The translations under genes were made by a program, and so were the position numbers. Positions 49,901 to 59,015 of a DNA stretch of 64,000 nucleotides are shown here, one piece after another (the first letter of the stretch is position 1; each line of letters begins with the position of its first letter). Below the pieces are notes generated by a model. That model had not been told where the DNA came from, made no database searches, and was given only the letters and a program-made list of their open reading frames with translations. The stretch is from an uncultured Elioraea sp. (GTDB lineage Bacteria > Pseudomonadota > Alphaproteobacteria > Acetobacterales > Acetobacteraceae): positions 19,008 through 83,007 of the forward strand of contig CALFVI010000034.1 in assembly GCA_937928775.1 (NCBI GenBank), given 5' to 3'.

Positions 49901-50947
49901 ATGCCCCGACACCCCGCGCTCCGCCCGCCTCCCCCTCTGCCCGATCGAGTGCGCCAGGTGGCAGCCCCCCCCGGCCATGACCTCTGGGCCTCCGCCCTCT
50001 GGTTCGAAACCACCCTCGCCCACGCCCTTCCGCCGGGCGCCGAGCCACTCTGGCAGCCTGCCGGACGGACGATCCTGCCTTTGCTTCGCCAACGGAGCCG
50101 CGTTTCGGCCCTCACCACCCCCTACACGCAGTCCTGGAGCCCTCTCGCGCCGGAGGGGACGGCGGAGCAGGACTGGCGCGAGGCGGGGCTGGGGCTTGCT
50201 CGCTTCCTTCGCTTCCGCCCTCCTCTCCGCCTCGACGCCATCGAGGAGGATGCGCCGTGGCTCCGCCCATTCCTCGAGGGGATACGCGCTGGCGGCAGCG
50301 TCGCCGCCCCCTTCGCCCACACGGGACGGTGGCTGGCGCGCCTCGAGCCCGGTGTAGGGTGGGAGGGCTACCTCGATACCCGCCCCTCCCGCTTGCGCAA
50401 CACGGTCGCACGACGGCTAAAAGCCGCCGCCCGGACCGCGCGCTTCGAGCTCGCGTCCGTGCCGGGGGAGGGGCTTGAGCGCGCGATCGCGGCGTTCCGC
50501 GCCGTGCGCGCCCGCTCCTGGAAGCCCGACGAGCCGTTCCCGGAGTTCGACCCCGCGCTGATGCGGGCGGCTGCCGAAGAGGGGCTCCTTCGCCTCGGCG
50601 TGTTGCGCGACGCTGACGATGGCACCCCCATCGCCGCCCAGTATTGGCTCGTCGAGCCCCAATCCGGGCGCGCTACGGTGCCGAAACTCTTCCACGACGA
50701 GGCGCGGCGTGCTTCCTCCCCCGGAACGGTGCTGACCGCGCTGATGGTGCGGCATCTGATCGAGGAGGATGGCGTGCGGGTGCTCGACTTCGGTCGCGGT
50801 GATGATCCCTACAAGGCGCTCTGGGCGCCGGAGCGGCTGCCTTTGATTGGCGTCCTGCTCGTCGACCCACGCCATCCCTTGGGGGCGGTTGCGCTGGCGC
50901 GGCACGCGGCAGGGGTGGCGCTGCGACGTCTCCGTCCCCGCCGATGA
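49901..50947 (+). CDS. GNAT-family (CelD/BcsL-like) acetyltransferase
   Basis: SWKPDEPFP, LRLGVL, AAQYWLV, SPGTVLTALM, LDFGRGDDPYKALW. Confidence 0.85.
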   Translation: MPRHPALRPPPPLPDRVRQVAAPPGHDLWASALWFETTLAHALPPGAEPLWQPAGRTILPLLRQRSRVSALTTPYTQSWSPLAPEGTAEQDWREAGLGLARFLRFRPPLRLDAIEEDAPWLRPFLEGIRAGGSVAAPFAHTGRWLARLEPGVGWEGYLDTRPSRLRNTVARRLKAAARTARFELASVPGEGLERAIAAFRAVRARSWKPDEPFPEFDPALMRAAAEEGLLRLGVLRDADDGTPIAAQYWLVEPQSGRATVPKLFHDEARRASSPGTVLTALMVRHLIEEDGVRVLDFGRGDDPYKALWAPERLPLIGVLLVDPRHPLGAVALARHAAGVALRRLRPRR

Positions 50948-52128
50948 GGATTCTCTATTCCCACCGCATCGCCTCGCGCGACGGCCAGGCGGTGCACCTC
51001 GAAAGCCTGATTGCTGCCCTCCGCCGAGAGGGGCACGAGGTGGTGGTCGTTGGCCCCTCGGCCTATCGGGAGGCCCGCTTCGGAGACGACGGCGGGTGGG
51101 TGGCGCGCCTGCGCCGCGCCCTGCCGCGCGCGATCGCCGAACTCGCCGAACTCGCCTACGCCATTCCCGCCGCGCTCCGGCTCGATCGCGCCGCCCGTGC
51201 CGGGCGGTTCGACGCCCTCTATGAGCGCTACAACCTCTATCACTTCGCCGGTGCCCTCGTTGCGCGCCGGCGCCGGCTTCCCTTGCTGCTCGAGGTGAAT
51301 GCGCCGATCGCCGAGGAGCGGGCGCGCTTCGGCGGCCTTGCCTGGCCCGCTCTCGCCCGCTGGGCTGAGCGTTTCGTCTGGCGCCGCGCCGACCTCGTTC
51401 TCCCCGTCACCGAAGTTCTGGCCGGCCATGTGCGAGAAGCCGGGGTGCCGGCCGAGCGCATCGTCGTCGTGCCGAACGGGATCGACCTCGAGGACTTCCC
51501 TGACGACCTTGCCGCCCGGCAGTCGGGCGAGGAGGCGGAGGAGATCGTGCTCGGTTTCGTCGGCTTCGTGCGCGAGTGGCATGGGCTGGAGGCAGTGCTG
51601 CGCGGCATCGCCGCCTGGCAGGGGCGGCAGAGGCTCGCTCTCGTCGTGGTCGGCGAAGGCCCGGCCCGGCCGGGGCTGGAGCGGCTGGCGGCAGAGCTCG
51701 GCATTGCCCAGCGCGTGCGCTTCACGGGGCTTGCGCCGCGCGAGCAGGTGCCCCGCCTGATCGCCTCCTTCGACATCGCCCTTCAGCCTGCAGCCGTTCC
51801 CTACGCCTGCCCCCTGAAGCTCGTCGAATATATGGCGGCGGGGCGGGCGATCGTGGCCCCCAATCAGCCCAACATCCGCGAACTCGTTGCGCACGAACGG
51901 ACCGCTCTCCTCTTTCCGCCCGGTGACGTCGCCGGGATGTGGGCGGCGATCGCCCGCCTCGCTGGCGATGCGCCCTTGCGCGCGAGGCTTGGGGCGGCAG
52001 CACGGGTGGAGGCGATCGCGCGCGACCTCACCTGGGCCGGCAATGCGCGGCGGGTCGTCGCCCTCGCGGTCGGACTGCGATCGAAAGCCGCCCCCGTCAG
52101 CGTCCCGGCAGGCGCTGGAACGGCGTAA
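50944..52128 (+). CDS. GT4 glycosyltransferase
   Basis: MRILYSHRIASRDGQAVH, YERYNL, LEVNAP, PNGID, GFVGFVREWHGL, PLKLVEYMAAG. Confidence 0.93.
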   Translation: MRILYSHRIASRDGQAVHLESLIAALRREGHEVVVVGPSAYREARFGDDGGWVARLRRALPRAIAELAELAYAIPAALRLDRAARAGRFDALYERYNLYHFAGALVARRRRLPLLLEVNAPIAEERARFGGLAWPALARWAERFVWRRADLVLPVTEVLAGHVREAGVPAERIVVVPNGIDLEDFPDDLAARQSGEEAEEIVLGFVGFVREWHGLEAVLRGIAAWQGRQRLALVVVGEGPARPGLERLAAELGIAQRVRFTGLAPREQVPRLIASFDIALQPAAVPYACPLKLVEYMAAGRAIVAPNQPNIRELVAHERTALLFPPGDVAGMWAAIARLAGDAPLRARLGAAARVEAIARDLTWAGNARRVVALAVGLRSKAAPVSVPAGAGTA

Positions 52129-53014
52129 CCGGGCCCGAGAATCGATTGTTCTTCATCACCGGCTCGCCCTCACCATAGAGGCGAAAAAACACGGTCGGAC
52201 GAGGCTGCAGGTTTTCGAACCGGTTGCCGATCAGCACCATCTCGCGGGTGACGTGCCGCCGTCCCTCTGCGCCATGCACCACCGCCGCCTCCGGGTTGCC
52301 GTGATCGGGGCCCTTGCGCAGTGTCGCGTTGCGCAGCACGAGATCGCCCCCGTTCGGAATGTCGATCAGGTAGGAGGCGCGGTTGCCAGGCGTGTCGAGG
52401 AAGGCGCTGTCCTCGATCACCGTCCGTTCCGCGCGCGACTTGAGATGGTGGCAGATCCGTGTCGCTTCGAAGCGCGTGCGGCGCACCACCACCTCGCGCC
52501 AGTGCCCGGCATAGAGCCCGTGCGCGCACTCGTGGATCAAGGCGCCGTTGCCGATGAAGCGGCTGTCCTCGATGATCAGCCGATGGCCGCGCATGTCAGC
52601 CTTGGTTAGGATTCCGTTCTGGTTGCCGAGGAAGGCGGAACGGCGGATGGTGAGATCGCCTCCTTCTGCCCTGATGCCGGCCGCATTGCCGCCAGCGAAG
52701 GCAGCACCCTGGAACGTGATCCCCTCCACAGTCACGCCATCGCCGGCAATGACGAACAGCGCCTTGTTGCCGCAGATCGGCCCCGTGATCAGCACCTCCC
52801 CACCCGGGGCGGCGACGATGGTAAGCCTGTCCACGCGCCAGACTGCGCAATCGACGTAGCGCCCGGGCGCGATCACCACCCGATCGCCGGGGCGCGCGAT
52901 GGCGGCGGCCTCTGATGGGCGGGAGAAGCGCTTCCCTGGCCCAACCTCGAGCGTCGCCGCGGTCGTCGGCGCGGCGGCGAACAGGATGCCGACGAGAAGC
53001 ACAAGCGCGCGCAT
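52097..53014 (-). CDS. Secreted right-handed beta-helix (pectin lyase-like) protein
   Basis: Signal peptide; TLEVGPGKRF, PGDRVVIAPGRY, NAAGIRAEGG, FLGNQNGIL, HHLKSRA, IDIPNGG. Confidence 0.8.
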   Translation of the reverse strand: MRALVLLVGILFAAAPTTAATLEVGPGKRFSRPSEAAAIARPGDRVVIAPGRYVDCAVWRVDRLTIVAAPGGEVLITGPICGNKALFVIAGDGVTVEGITFQGAAFAGGNAAGIRAEGGDLTIRRSAFLGNQNGILTKADMRGHRLIIEDSRFIGNGALIHECAHGLYAGHWREVVVRRTRFEATRICHHLKSRAERTVIEDSAFLDTPGNRASYLIDIPNGGDLVLRNATLRKGPDHGNPEAAVVHGAEGRRHVTREMVLIGNRFENLQPRPTVFFRLYGEGEPVMKNNRFSGPVTPFQRLPGR

Positions 53015-53146
53015 CCCCTCCTCCGTCGTGACCATGTTGCTCCTCACCATGCCGAAGGGTTGACGACGCATCCAGGATCAACTCGGCGGAGCGTGCTCGC
53101 TTGCCGGCCCTAGACGCGAGAGGTGGCCCTGTGCAACGCACCCCCC

Positions 53147-53992
53147 ATGTCGGTGCCCTTCCAGGTCGGCGTGCTTCTGCTTCCGCCCGTCGGGCTTGCG
53201 CTCGCCGCGCTTCTTCTCTGCCTCCTCGCCGCCCGCGGCCGGCGCTCTGCCGCCTGGGGTGCATTCGTTCTTATCTCCCTGCAACTCCTGCTTGCGACAC
53301 CCTATGCCAGCGGCTGGCTCGAGGTCTCGCTGCAGGCGATTGCGGCACGGTTCTCCCCGCCGCGCGAGGGGCCGGCGGCGATCGTCGTGCTCGCCGCCGA
53401 ACAGGTGAAGCACGCCGAGGGCTGGACGGTGGGGCCGCTCACTCTCGAGCGCATGGCCGCGGCGGCGGCTCTGGCGCGCCGGACTGGACTGCCCATTCTG
53501 GTCACGGGCGGCGTGCTGTCCGACACCCCTCCCTCGCCCCCGATCGCCGGGCAGATGGCGGAACGGTTTGAGGCGGAGTTCGGTCTGATCGTGCGCTGGC
53601 TGGAGATCGAGGCGCGAAACACCTGGGAAAACGCGGCCAACAGCGCTGCCCTGTTGCGCGGTGAGGGGATCGGCAGCGTCCACCTCGTGACGCACGGCTG
53701 GCACATGCCGCGTGCTCTGCTCTCGTTCCGGGCCGCGGGCCTGTCGGCCGCGGCAGCGCCGGTGCGACGGGTCGCACCACCCGAGGCCAGCTTCGACACG
53801 CTCCTGCCGGTGGCTGACCGCTGGGGAGCGAGCTGGCTGATGCTGCGCGAGTGGGCTGGCCTCGGCGTCTATGCGCTGCGGCTGAAACTCGCGCGCGGTC
53901 GGCTCTTCGGTCGGGCCGAAGGCGATTGGCGGACCCGGCGCGATTCGAACGCACGACCTTTGCCTTCGGAGGGCAACGCTCTATCCAGCTGA
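53147..53992 (+). CDS. YdcF/ElyC (DUF218) family protein
   Basis: N-terminal TMs, AIVVL, PILVTGG, ARNTWENA, HLVTHGWHMPRA, LREWAG; 3' end runs antisense into the tRNA. Confidence 0.88.
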   Translation: MSVPFQVGVLLLPPVGLALAALLLCLLAARGRRSAAWGAFVLISLQLLLATPYASGWLEVSLQAIAARFSPPREGPAAIVVLAAEQVKHAEGWTVGPLTLERMAAAAALARRTGLPILVTGGVLSDTPPSPPIAGQMAERFEAEFGLIVRWLEIEARNTWENAANSAALLRGEGIGSVHLVTHGWHMPRALLSFRAAGLSAAAAPVRRVAPPEASFDTLLPVADRWGASWLMLREWAGLGVYALRLKLARGRLFGRAEGDWRTRRDSNARPLPSEGNALSS

Positions 53993-54003
53993 GCTACGGG
54001 TCC
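53927..54003 (-). tRNA. tRNA-Arg(CCG)
   Basis: GGACCCGTAGCTCAGCTGGATAGAGCGTTGCCCTCCGAAGGCAAAGGTCGTGCGTTCGAATCGCGCCGGGTCCGCCA: 77 nt, cloverleaf, anticodon CCG, encoded CCA. Confidence 0.97.
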
Positions 54004-55001
54004 CCCTTGGCGCTATAGCCGAGTGCGGGCGCGACTGCCAAGCCGGCTGAACCGCCCTCGAGCCAGGCGAGGCTGTCGGCAACGACCCGGGCGCGGATCG
54101 AATCGCGCAACAAGAGATGGTACCCCTCAGGGTAGAACAGCAGGCGCTGCCGCCCCGAGGCTAGGCCAGGCAGGCGGGCCTCGAGCGCGGCGATCGCGCG
54201 CGGCGGGACGAGATCGTCGCGTCCGCCGTAGAGGATGAGGGCAGGGTGAGGGAAGGAGCGCGCCGCCGCGAGGGCCGCGTCCATCGCCAGCACGAGGCCC
54301 CACAGCGCATCGACCCGGGTGTGACGCAAGACCAGCGGATCCCGTGCCATGGCGGCGAGAGCAGCATCGTTGTCTGAGGCGCGGTGGAAGGGCGAGGTGT
54401 TGGCGAAGCCCAACTGCGGCACGATGTGGGCGAGGGTGCGCAGAGCGGCGCGGCCGATGCCGCCCATGGCCTCCCCGCCCCACACGGCGGGGGCGGAAAG
54501 CACGTAGGCGTCGGCAGGCGGCGGCGTCTGACTGGCACCAGCGATCAGGAGCACCGCAGCCCCCATGCTCTCGCCAAGGAGGACAAGAGGGAGGTCAGGG
54601 AAGCGGGCGCGGGTCAGCCGCGCCGCTTCGGTCGCGTCCGCGGCGAGCGCCTCATGGCCAGGCCAGAAGCCGGGGTGTGGCGCCGCCCCAAAGCCCCTCT
54701 GGTCGTAGGCAAGCAGGGTCCAGCCGGCGGCGGTGAAGAGCGGGGCAGGGATTTCGAAGGCGCGGCGATAGTCACCAAACCCGTGCAGCGCGAGGATCAC
54801 GCCGCGTGGCTCCGCTTCCGCCGGCCAGAGGGAGAGCGGAAGGCGTGCCCCGTCGGCCATCACGAACGCATCGCCCTCGTCGCGCGGCGCCCCGATCGCG
54901 GGACCGGGCAGGGCGAAGCGGGGCGCGCAGCCCGCCGCCAAGGCGAGAAAGGCGGCGAGCAGGCCGCGTCTGGCGGGGGCTGCGAACGTTGATCCGCGCA
55001 T
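53994..55001 (-). CDS. Alpha/beta hydrolase lipoprotein (lysophospholipase/PldB-like)
   Basis: Lipobox AAGC; LALHGFGDY, AYDQRGFG, LGESMGAA (GxSxG), GRDDLVP, GYHLLLRD. Confidence 0.9.
   Translation of the reverse strand: MRGSTFAAPARRGLLAAFLALAAGCAPRFALPGPAIGAPRDEGDAFVMADGARLPLSLWPAEAEPRGVILALHGFGDYRRAFEIPAPLFTAAGWTLLAYDQRGFGAAPHPGFWPGHEALAADATEAARLTRARFPDLPLVLLGESMGAAVLLIAGASQTPPPADAYVLSAPAVWGGEAMGGIGRAALRTLAHIVPQLGFANTSPFHRASDNDAALAAMARDPLVLRHTRVDALWGLVLAMDAALAAARSFPHPALILYGGRDDLVPPRAIAALEARLPGLASGRQRLLFYPEGYHLLLRDSIRARVVADSLAWLEGGSAGLAVAPALGYSAKGDP
54012..54041 (-). promoter_or_regulatory. Putative sigma-70 promoter of tRNA-Arg, inside the hydrolase CDS
   Basis: TTGGCA ... GCTATAGC with 17-18 bp spacing, ending ~8 nt before tRNA +1. 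Confidence 0.5.
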
Positions 55002-55050
55002 CAGCCCGGGTATGATCCGCCGCTCTTTTGGCGACAAGGACGGAGCCCCG

Positions 55051-55284
55051 ATGCCGTTCGACCCTCGCGTGCCGGCACCCTTCGAGGTGATCGCGGTGCA
55101 GGATGCGACCGTCGCCTGCGACGGCGGCGGCGGCGCGCTCGGCCACCCGCGCGTTTTCCTCACCCTCGTCGATGGCATGGTGGTCTGCCCCTAGTGTTCG
55201 CGCACCTACGTGCTGAAGGGGTCGGAGGCGGAGCGGCGCCTCGCCGGGGCGGCCGCCGCCGGCGCGCGCGACCGCGCGGCGTGA
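55051..55284 (+). pseudogene. zf-CHCC (NDUFS6-like) zinc-finger protein interrupted by in-frame TAG at 55192-55194
   Basis: VACDGGGGALGHPRVFL...VVCP*CSRTYVL; the family motif is CPYC. Confidence 0.8.
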
Positions 55285-55306
55285 GCACGCGGAACGCACC
55301 CGCGCG

Positions 55307-58102
55307 ATGCACGGAGGGGGGGCGACAGAACCGTCCGCCGCCAAGCAGGCTGAACACTTCAGCCTGATCCTGATCGACGGCTCGGGCTACATCTTCCGCG
55401 CCTTCCACGCCCTGCCGCCGATGACCCGGCCCGACGGCACTCCGGTGAATGCCGTGTTCGGCTTCGTCAACATGCTGGCGAAGTTCCTCACTGAGCATGC
55501 GGCGGAGAGAATCGCGGTGGTGTTCGATGCGTCGCGGAAAACGTTCCGCAACGACATCTATCCTGCCTACAAGGCGCAGCGCCCCGACCCGCCCGAGGAT
55601 CTTGTCCCCCAGTTCGGGCTGATCCGCGAGGCGGTCGCGGCGTTCAACCTGCCCGCGATCGAGGCGGAAGGCTACGAGGCCGACGACCTGATCGCGGCCT
55701 ACGCCAGGGCAGAACGCGACCGCGGTGGGAGGGTGCGCATCGTCTCTTCAGACAAGGACCTGATGCAGCTCGTCCGCCCTGGCGTGGAGATGTGGGACCC
55801 GATCAAGCAGAAGCCCATCGGCGAGGCGGAGGTGATCGCGCGCTTCGGTGTGCCGCCCGCGAAAGTGCCTGATGTGCAGGCTCTGGCTGGGGATGCGACC
55901 GACAACGTGCCTGGCGTGCCCGGCATTGGTGTGAAGACTGCCGCGCAGTTGATTGAGGAGTTCGGCGATCTTGAAACCCTGCTTGCCAAGGCAGACACGA
56001 TCAAGCAGCCGAAGCGGCGCGAGGCGCTGCTTGCGCACGCTGAGGCGGCGCGGATCTCGAAACGCCTGGTGACGCTGGCCGACGACGCGCCCCTTCCTCT
56101 GCCGCTTGAGGCGCTGACCCTGAAGGAGCCTGATCGTGCCAAGCTGGCGGCGTGGTTGCGTGAGCAGAACTTCCGCTCCGTGCTGCAAAGGCTGAAGCTC
56201 GAGGGCGGGGTGCTGCCGACAGTGGTTACCCCTGCGCGCATCGAGGCGCGCCTCGCCGATGCCCCGTTCGGACCGTACGAGACGGTGACGGAGCTTGCCC
56301 GGCTCGAGGCTTGGGTGGCGGAGGCGACCGAACAGCGCCATTGCGCCTTCGATACGGAAACCGACAGTCTTGATGCGCAGGCCGCCCGCCTCGTCGGCGT
56401 GTCGCTCGCACTCGCGCCGGGGCGCGCCTGTTACGTGCCACTGCGCCACCAGGCAGGCGATACCGTCGGTTGCGTTTCGAAACAGATCGACTTCGCGGCG
56501 GCGCTTGCTGTGCTGCGCCCTCTGCTCGAGGAGGCCTCCGTGCTGAAGATCCTGCACAACGCGAAGTACGATCTCTCGGTGCTGGCGCGGGCGGAGAATG
56601 GCGGCGTGCGGCTCGGCCCGATCGAGGATACGATGCTGATCAGCTACTGCCTTGATGCGGGGCGCTGGGAGCACGGAATGGACGAGCTCTCGCGCCGCCA
56701 TCTCGGACACGAAACGATCACTTACGAGCAGGTGGCGGGCAAGGGCAAGGGGGCGATTCCCTTTTCCGCCGTGCCGATCGACCGCGCCACCGCCTACGCG
56801 GCGGAGGATGCCGACGTCACGCTTCGGCTTTGGCTTCTGCTCAAGCCACGCCTGCGCTGCGAGCGCGTGCTTGCGCTCTACGAGCATGTCGAGCGGCGTC
56901 TCATTCCGGTGATCGCGGCGATGGAGGACGAGGGGATTGCGGTCGATGCGCGCGAGTTGCGGCAGATCTCCGCCGAGTTCGCCGACCGGCTCGCCGCTCT
57001 CGAGGCAGAGATCCATCGCCTGGCGGGTCGCGCCTTCAATGTCGGCTCAACACAGCAGCTCGCCGCCGTGCTGTACGAGGACCTCAAGCTCACCCCACCC
57101 GGCGGGCGGCGGGCGAAGACGGCGACCGGGCAGTTCGCCACCGACGCGGCGGTGTTAGAGGAACTCGCTCTGCAGCACCGGCTGCCCGCGAAGGTGCTGG
57201 AGTGGCGGCAACTCGCAAAGCTGAAATCCACCTATGCCGATGCGCTGGTGAACCAGATCGATCCCGCAACGGGCAGGGTGCACACCAGCTTCTCGATGAC
57301 GGGGGCGGCGACGGGGCGTCTGTCGTCTACCGACCCCAACCTGCAGAACATCCCTGTGCGCACCGAGGAAGGCAGGCGAATCCGCCGCGCTTTCGTCGCC
57401 GCTCCCGGCCAGCTTCTTCTCTCGGCCGACTACAGCCAGATCGAGCTTCGGCTGCTTGCGCACGTTGCGGACGTGCCCGCCCTCGCCCAGGCCTTCGCCC
57501 GCGGCGAGGACATCCATGCCCGCACCGCCTCCGAAGTGTTCGGCGTGCCGATGGAGAAGCTCGACCCTCTGCTCAGGCGTCGCGCCAAGGCGATCAATTT
57601 CGGCATCATCTACGGCATCTCGGCCTTCGGCCTCGCCGCCCAGCTTGGCATCACCCCGGGCGAGGCGAAGGCCTATATCGATGCGTACTTCAAACGATAT
57701 CCGGGGATTCGCGACTATATGGAGCGGATGAAGGAGGAAGCGCGGATCAAGGGGTACGTCACCACGCCCTTCGGACGCCGCTGTTGGATTCCAGGAATTG
57801 CGGAAAAGAACGCGGCGCGGCGTGCCTTCGCCGAACGCCAGGCGATCAACGCACCCCTGCAGGGTGGGGCGGCCGACGTGATCAAGCGCGCGATGGTGCG
57901 GCTGCCGCGGGCGCTGGCTGAGGCCGGCCTGTCTGCACGGCTCCTCCTTCAGGTGCACGACGAGCTCTTGTTCGAGGTGCCTGAGGCGGAGGCTGACGAG
58001 ACCGCCGCCCTCGTGAAGCGGGTGATGGAGGGGGCGGCGCGTTTGCGCGTGCCTTTGGTGGTGGAGACGGGGGTGGGGCCAAACTGGGAGGCGGCGCACT
58101 GA
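55307..58102 (+). CDS. polA: DNA polymerase I
   Basis: LIDGSGYIFRAFHA, GYEADD, DNVPGVPGIG.KTA, AFDTET, TGRLSSTDPNLQNIP, ADYSQIELR, AKAINFGIIYG, LQVHDEL. Confidence 0.99.
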   Translation: MHGGGATEPSAAKQAEHFSLILIDGSGYIFRAFHALPPMTRPDGTPVNAVFGFVNMLAKFLTEHAAERIAVVFDASRKTFRNDIYPAYKAQRPDPPEDLVPQFGLIREAVAAFNLPAIEAEGYEADDLIAAYARAERDRGGRVRIVSSDKDLMQLVRPGVEMWDPIKQKPIGEAEVIARFGVPPAKVPDVQALAGDATDNVPGVPGIGVKTAAQLIEEFGDLETLLAKADTIKQPKRREALLAHAEAARISKRLVTLADDAPLPLPLEALTLKEPDRAKLAAWLREQNFRSVLQRLKLEGGVLPTVVTPARIEARLADAPFGPYETVTELARLEAWVAEATEQRHCAFDTETDSLDAQAARLVGVSLALAPGRACYVPLRHQAGDTVGCVSKQIDFAAALAVLRPLLEEASVLKILHNAKYDLSVLARAENGGVRLGPIEDTMLISYCLDAGRWEHGMDELSRRHLGHETITYEQVAGKGKGAIPFSAVPIDRATAYAAEDADVTLRLWLLLKPRLRCERVLALYEHVERRLIPVIAAMEDEGIAVDARELRQISAEFADRLAALEAEIHRLAGRAFNVGSTQQLAAVLYEDLKLTPPGGRRAKTATGQFATDAAVLEELALQHRLPAKVLEWRQLAKLKSTYADALVNQIDPATGRVHTSFSMTGAATGRLSSTDPNLQNIPVRTEEGRRIRRAFVAAPGQLLLSADYSQIELRLLAHVADVPALAQAFARGEDIHARTASEVFGVPMEKLDPLLRRRAKAINFGIIYGISAFGLAAQLGITPGEAKAYIDAYFKRYPGIRDYMERMKEEARIKGYVTTPFGRRCWIPGIAEKNAARRAFAERQAINAPLQGGAADVIKRAMVRLPRALAEAGLSARLLLQVHDELLFEVPEAEADETAALVKRVMEGAARLRVPLVVETGVGPNWEAAH

Positions 58103-58185
58103 GGCGTGCGCCCGCGCCTCGCGGGGGAGGGGGGACGTGGGCCTTGCGGCGAGCGCGAGTTGTGGCGAGGATCGAAGTAGCGGAA

Positions 58186-58218
58186 GAAAAGCGCCCGGTT
58201 AGGGGGGTAACCGGGCGC
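58186..58218. terminator. Probable bidirectional terminator between polA and the convergent his/HIT unit
   Basis: 11-bp stem GCGCCCGGTTA/TAACCGGGCGC, GAAAA on the left (U-tract on minus strand). Confidence 0.6.
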
Positions 58219-58499
58219 CATTCTCTTCCGTACGGAATGACCGCGGGCAACGGCAGGGGAGACCGCCCCGCGGAAGCTCGGCGCTCAATTGCCGCCGACC
58301 AAGTTTTTATAACGCAAGCGGATGGCCATGCAAACCCCAAACTCGCGTGAGCGCGAACGTATTCGCGTAAAAGTTGCAGGCGGACCCCGTGCCGCACGGA
58401 AGGTCGCCTCAACGCCTGACCAGAATCGCCTCGCCCTCGCGGCTGGCGCCAAGCGTCACCTCCTCCGCCTCTGCCGCTGGCGGCGGGGCAGGGTCGGCT

Positions 58500-59015
58500 C
58501 GCTTGTCCGCCATGTCGCGCGGCGCGCGCCTGCAGCGCCGCCAGCGCTTCCTCTGCCAGCTCCTTGCGCACACGACGTTCGATTGGCCGCAAGACGCAGG
58601 AGATGAGACTTCAGAGAACGAGGCCCTGGGCCTGCCCAGCGCCAACGAGATCGAGCAGGTTTGGCGCAGCTTCGGTTGCGGAAAGGCGGATCTCCTGCAT
58701 TGCCCGCCACGTCTGCAGCCTCTCCCCCTCGTGCCAGGTCTGATGGAGGCGTCTGATGGCCGCCCGTTGCGACCGTGATGCCGGCAACGCCGCGCGCGCT
58801 CGAAAGCCGCCTTGGCCGCGCGACTGACCGCCTGCTGCACGGCGACAACCTCTCCCTGCGCTTGCGCGCCCAGTCTCGTGTGCAGCTCGTTTGCCCGGAT
58901 GCGGCGTTCGGCCGTCTCGGCGAGTTTCAGCCCGGTCTCGCGCGGCAGCTCCGGGGCCAAGGCGAGGGGGGGCGGAGAGCGCCACAGCCGAAGCAAGCAG
59001 GCCGACGCGGCTCAC
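58500..59015 (-). pseudogene. Frameshifted SIMPL/DUF541-like exported protein
   Basis: Fragments in three frames: MSRVGLLASAVAL / LKLAETAERRIRANELHTRL..AVQQAVSRAAKAAFERAR / GITVATGGHQT / WRAMQEIRLSATEAAPNLLDLVG..QGLVL* / RRVRKELAEEALAALQARA. Confidence 0.6.

Noticed and set aside
21714-54003. EPS locus as an integrative island at the tRNA-Arg 3' end
   Set aside because: No integrase or transposase, and I found no duplicate of the tRNA 3' end at the far boundary by eye; composition looks broadly host-like.
55192-55194. Genome-wide TAG reassignment (pyrrolysine or alternative code)
   Set aside because: Several genes in the window end at TAG exactly where their families end, e.g. the beta-barrel with terminal Phe and pip.
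58226-58237. Perfect 12-bp palindrome TTCCGTACGGAA
   Set aside because: Single copy between convergent genes next to a terminator; no supporting context.
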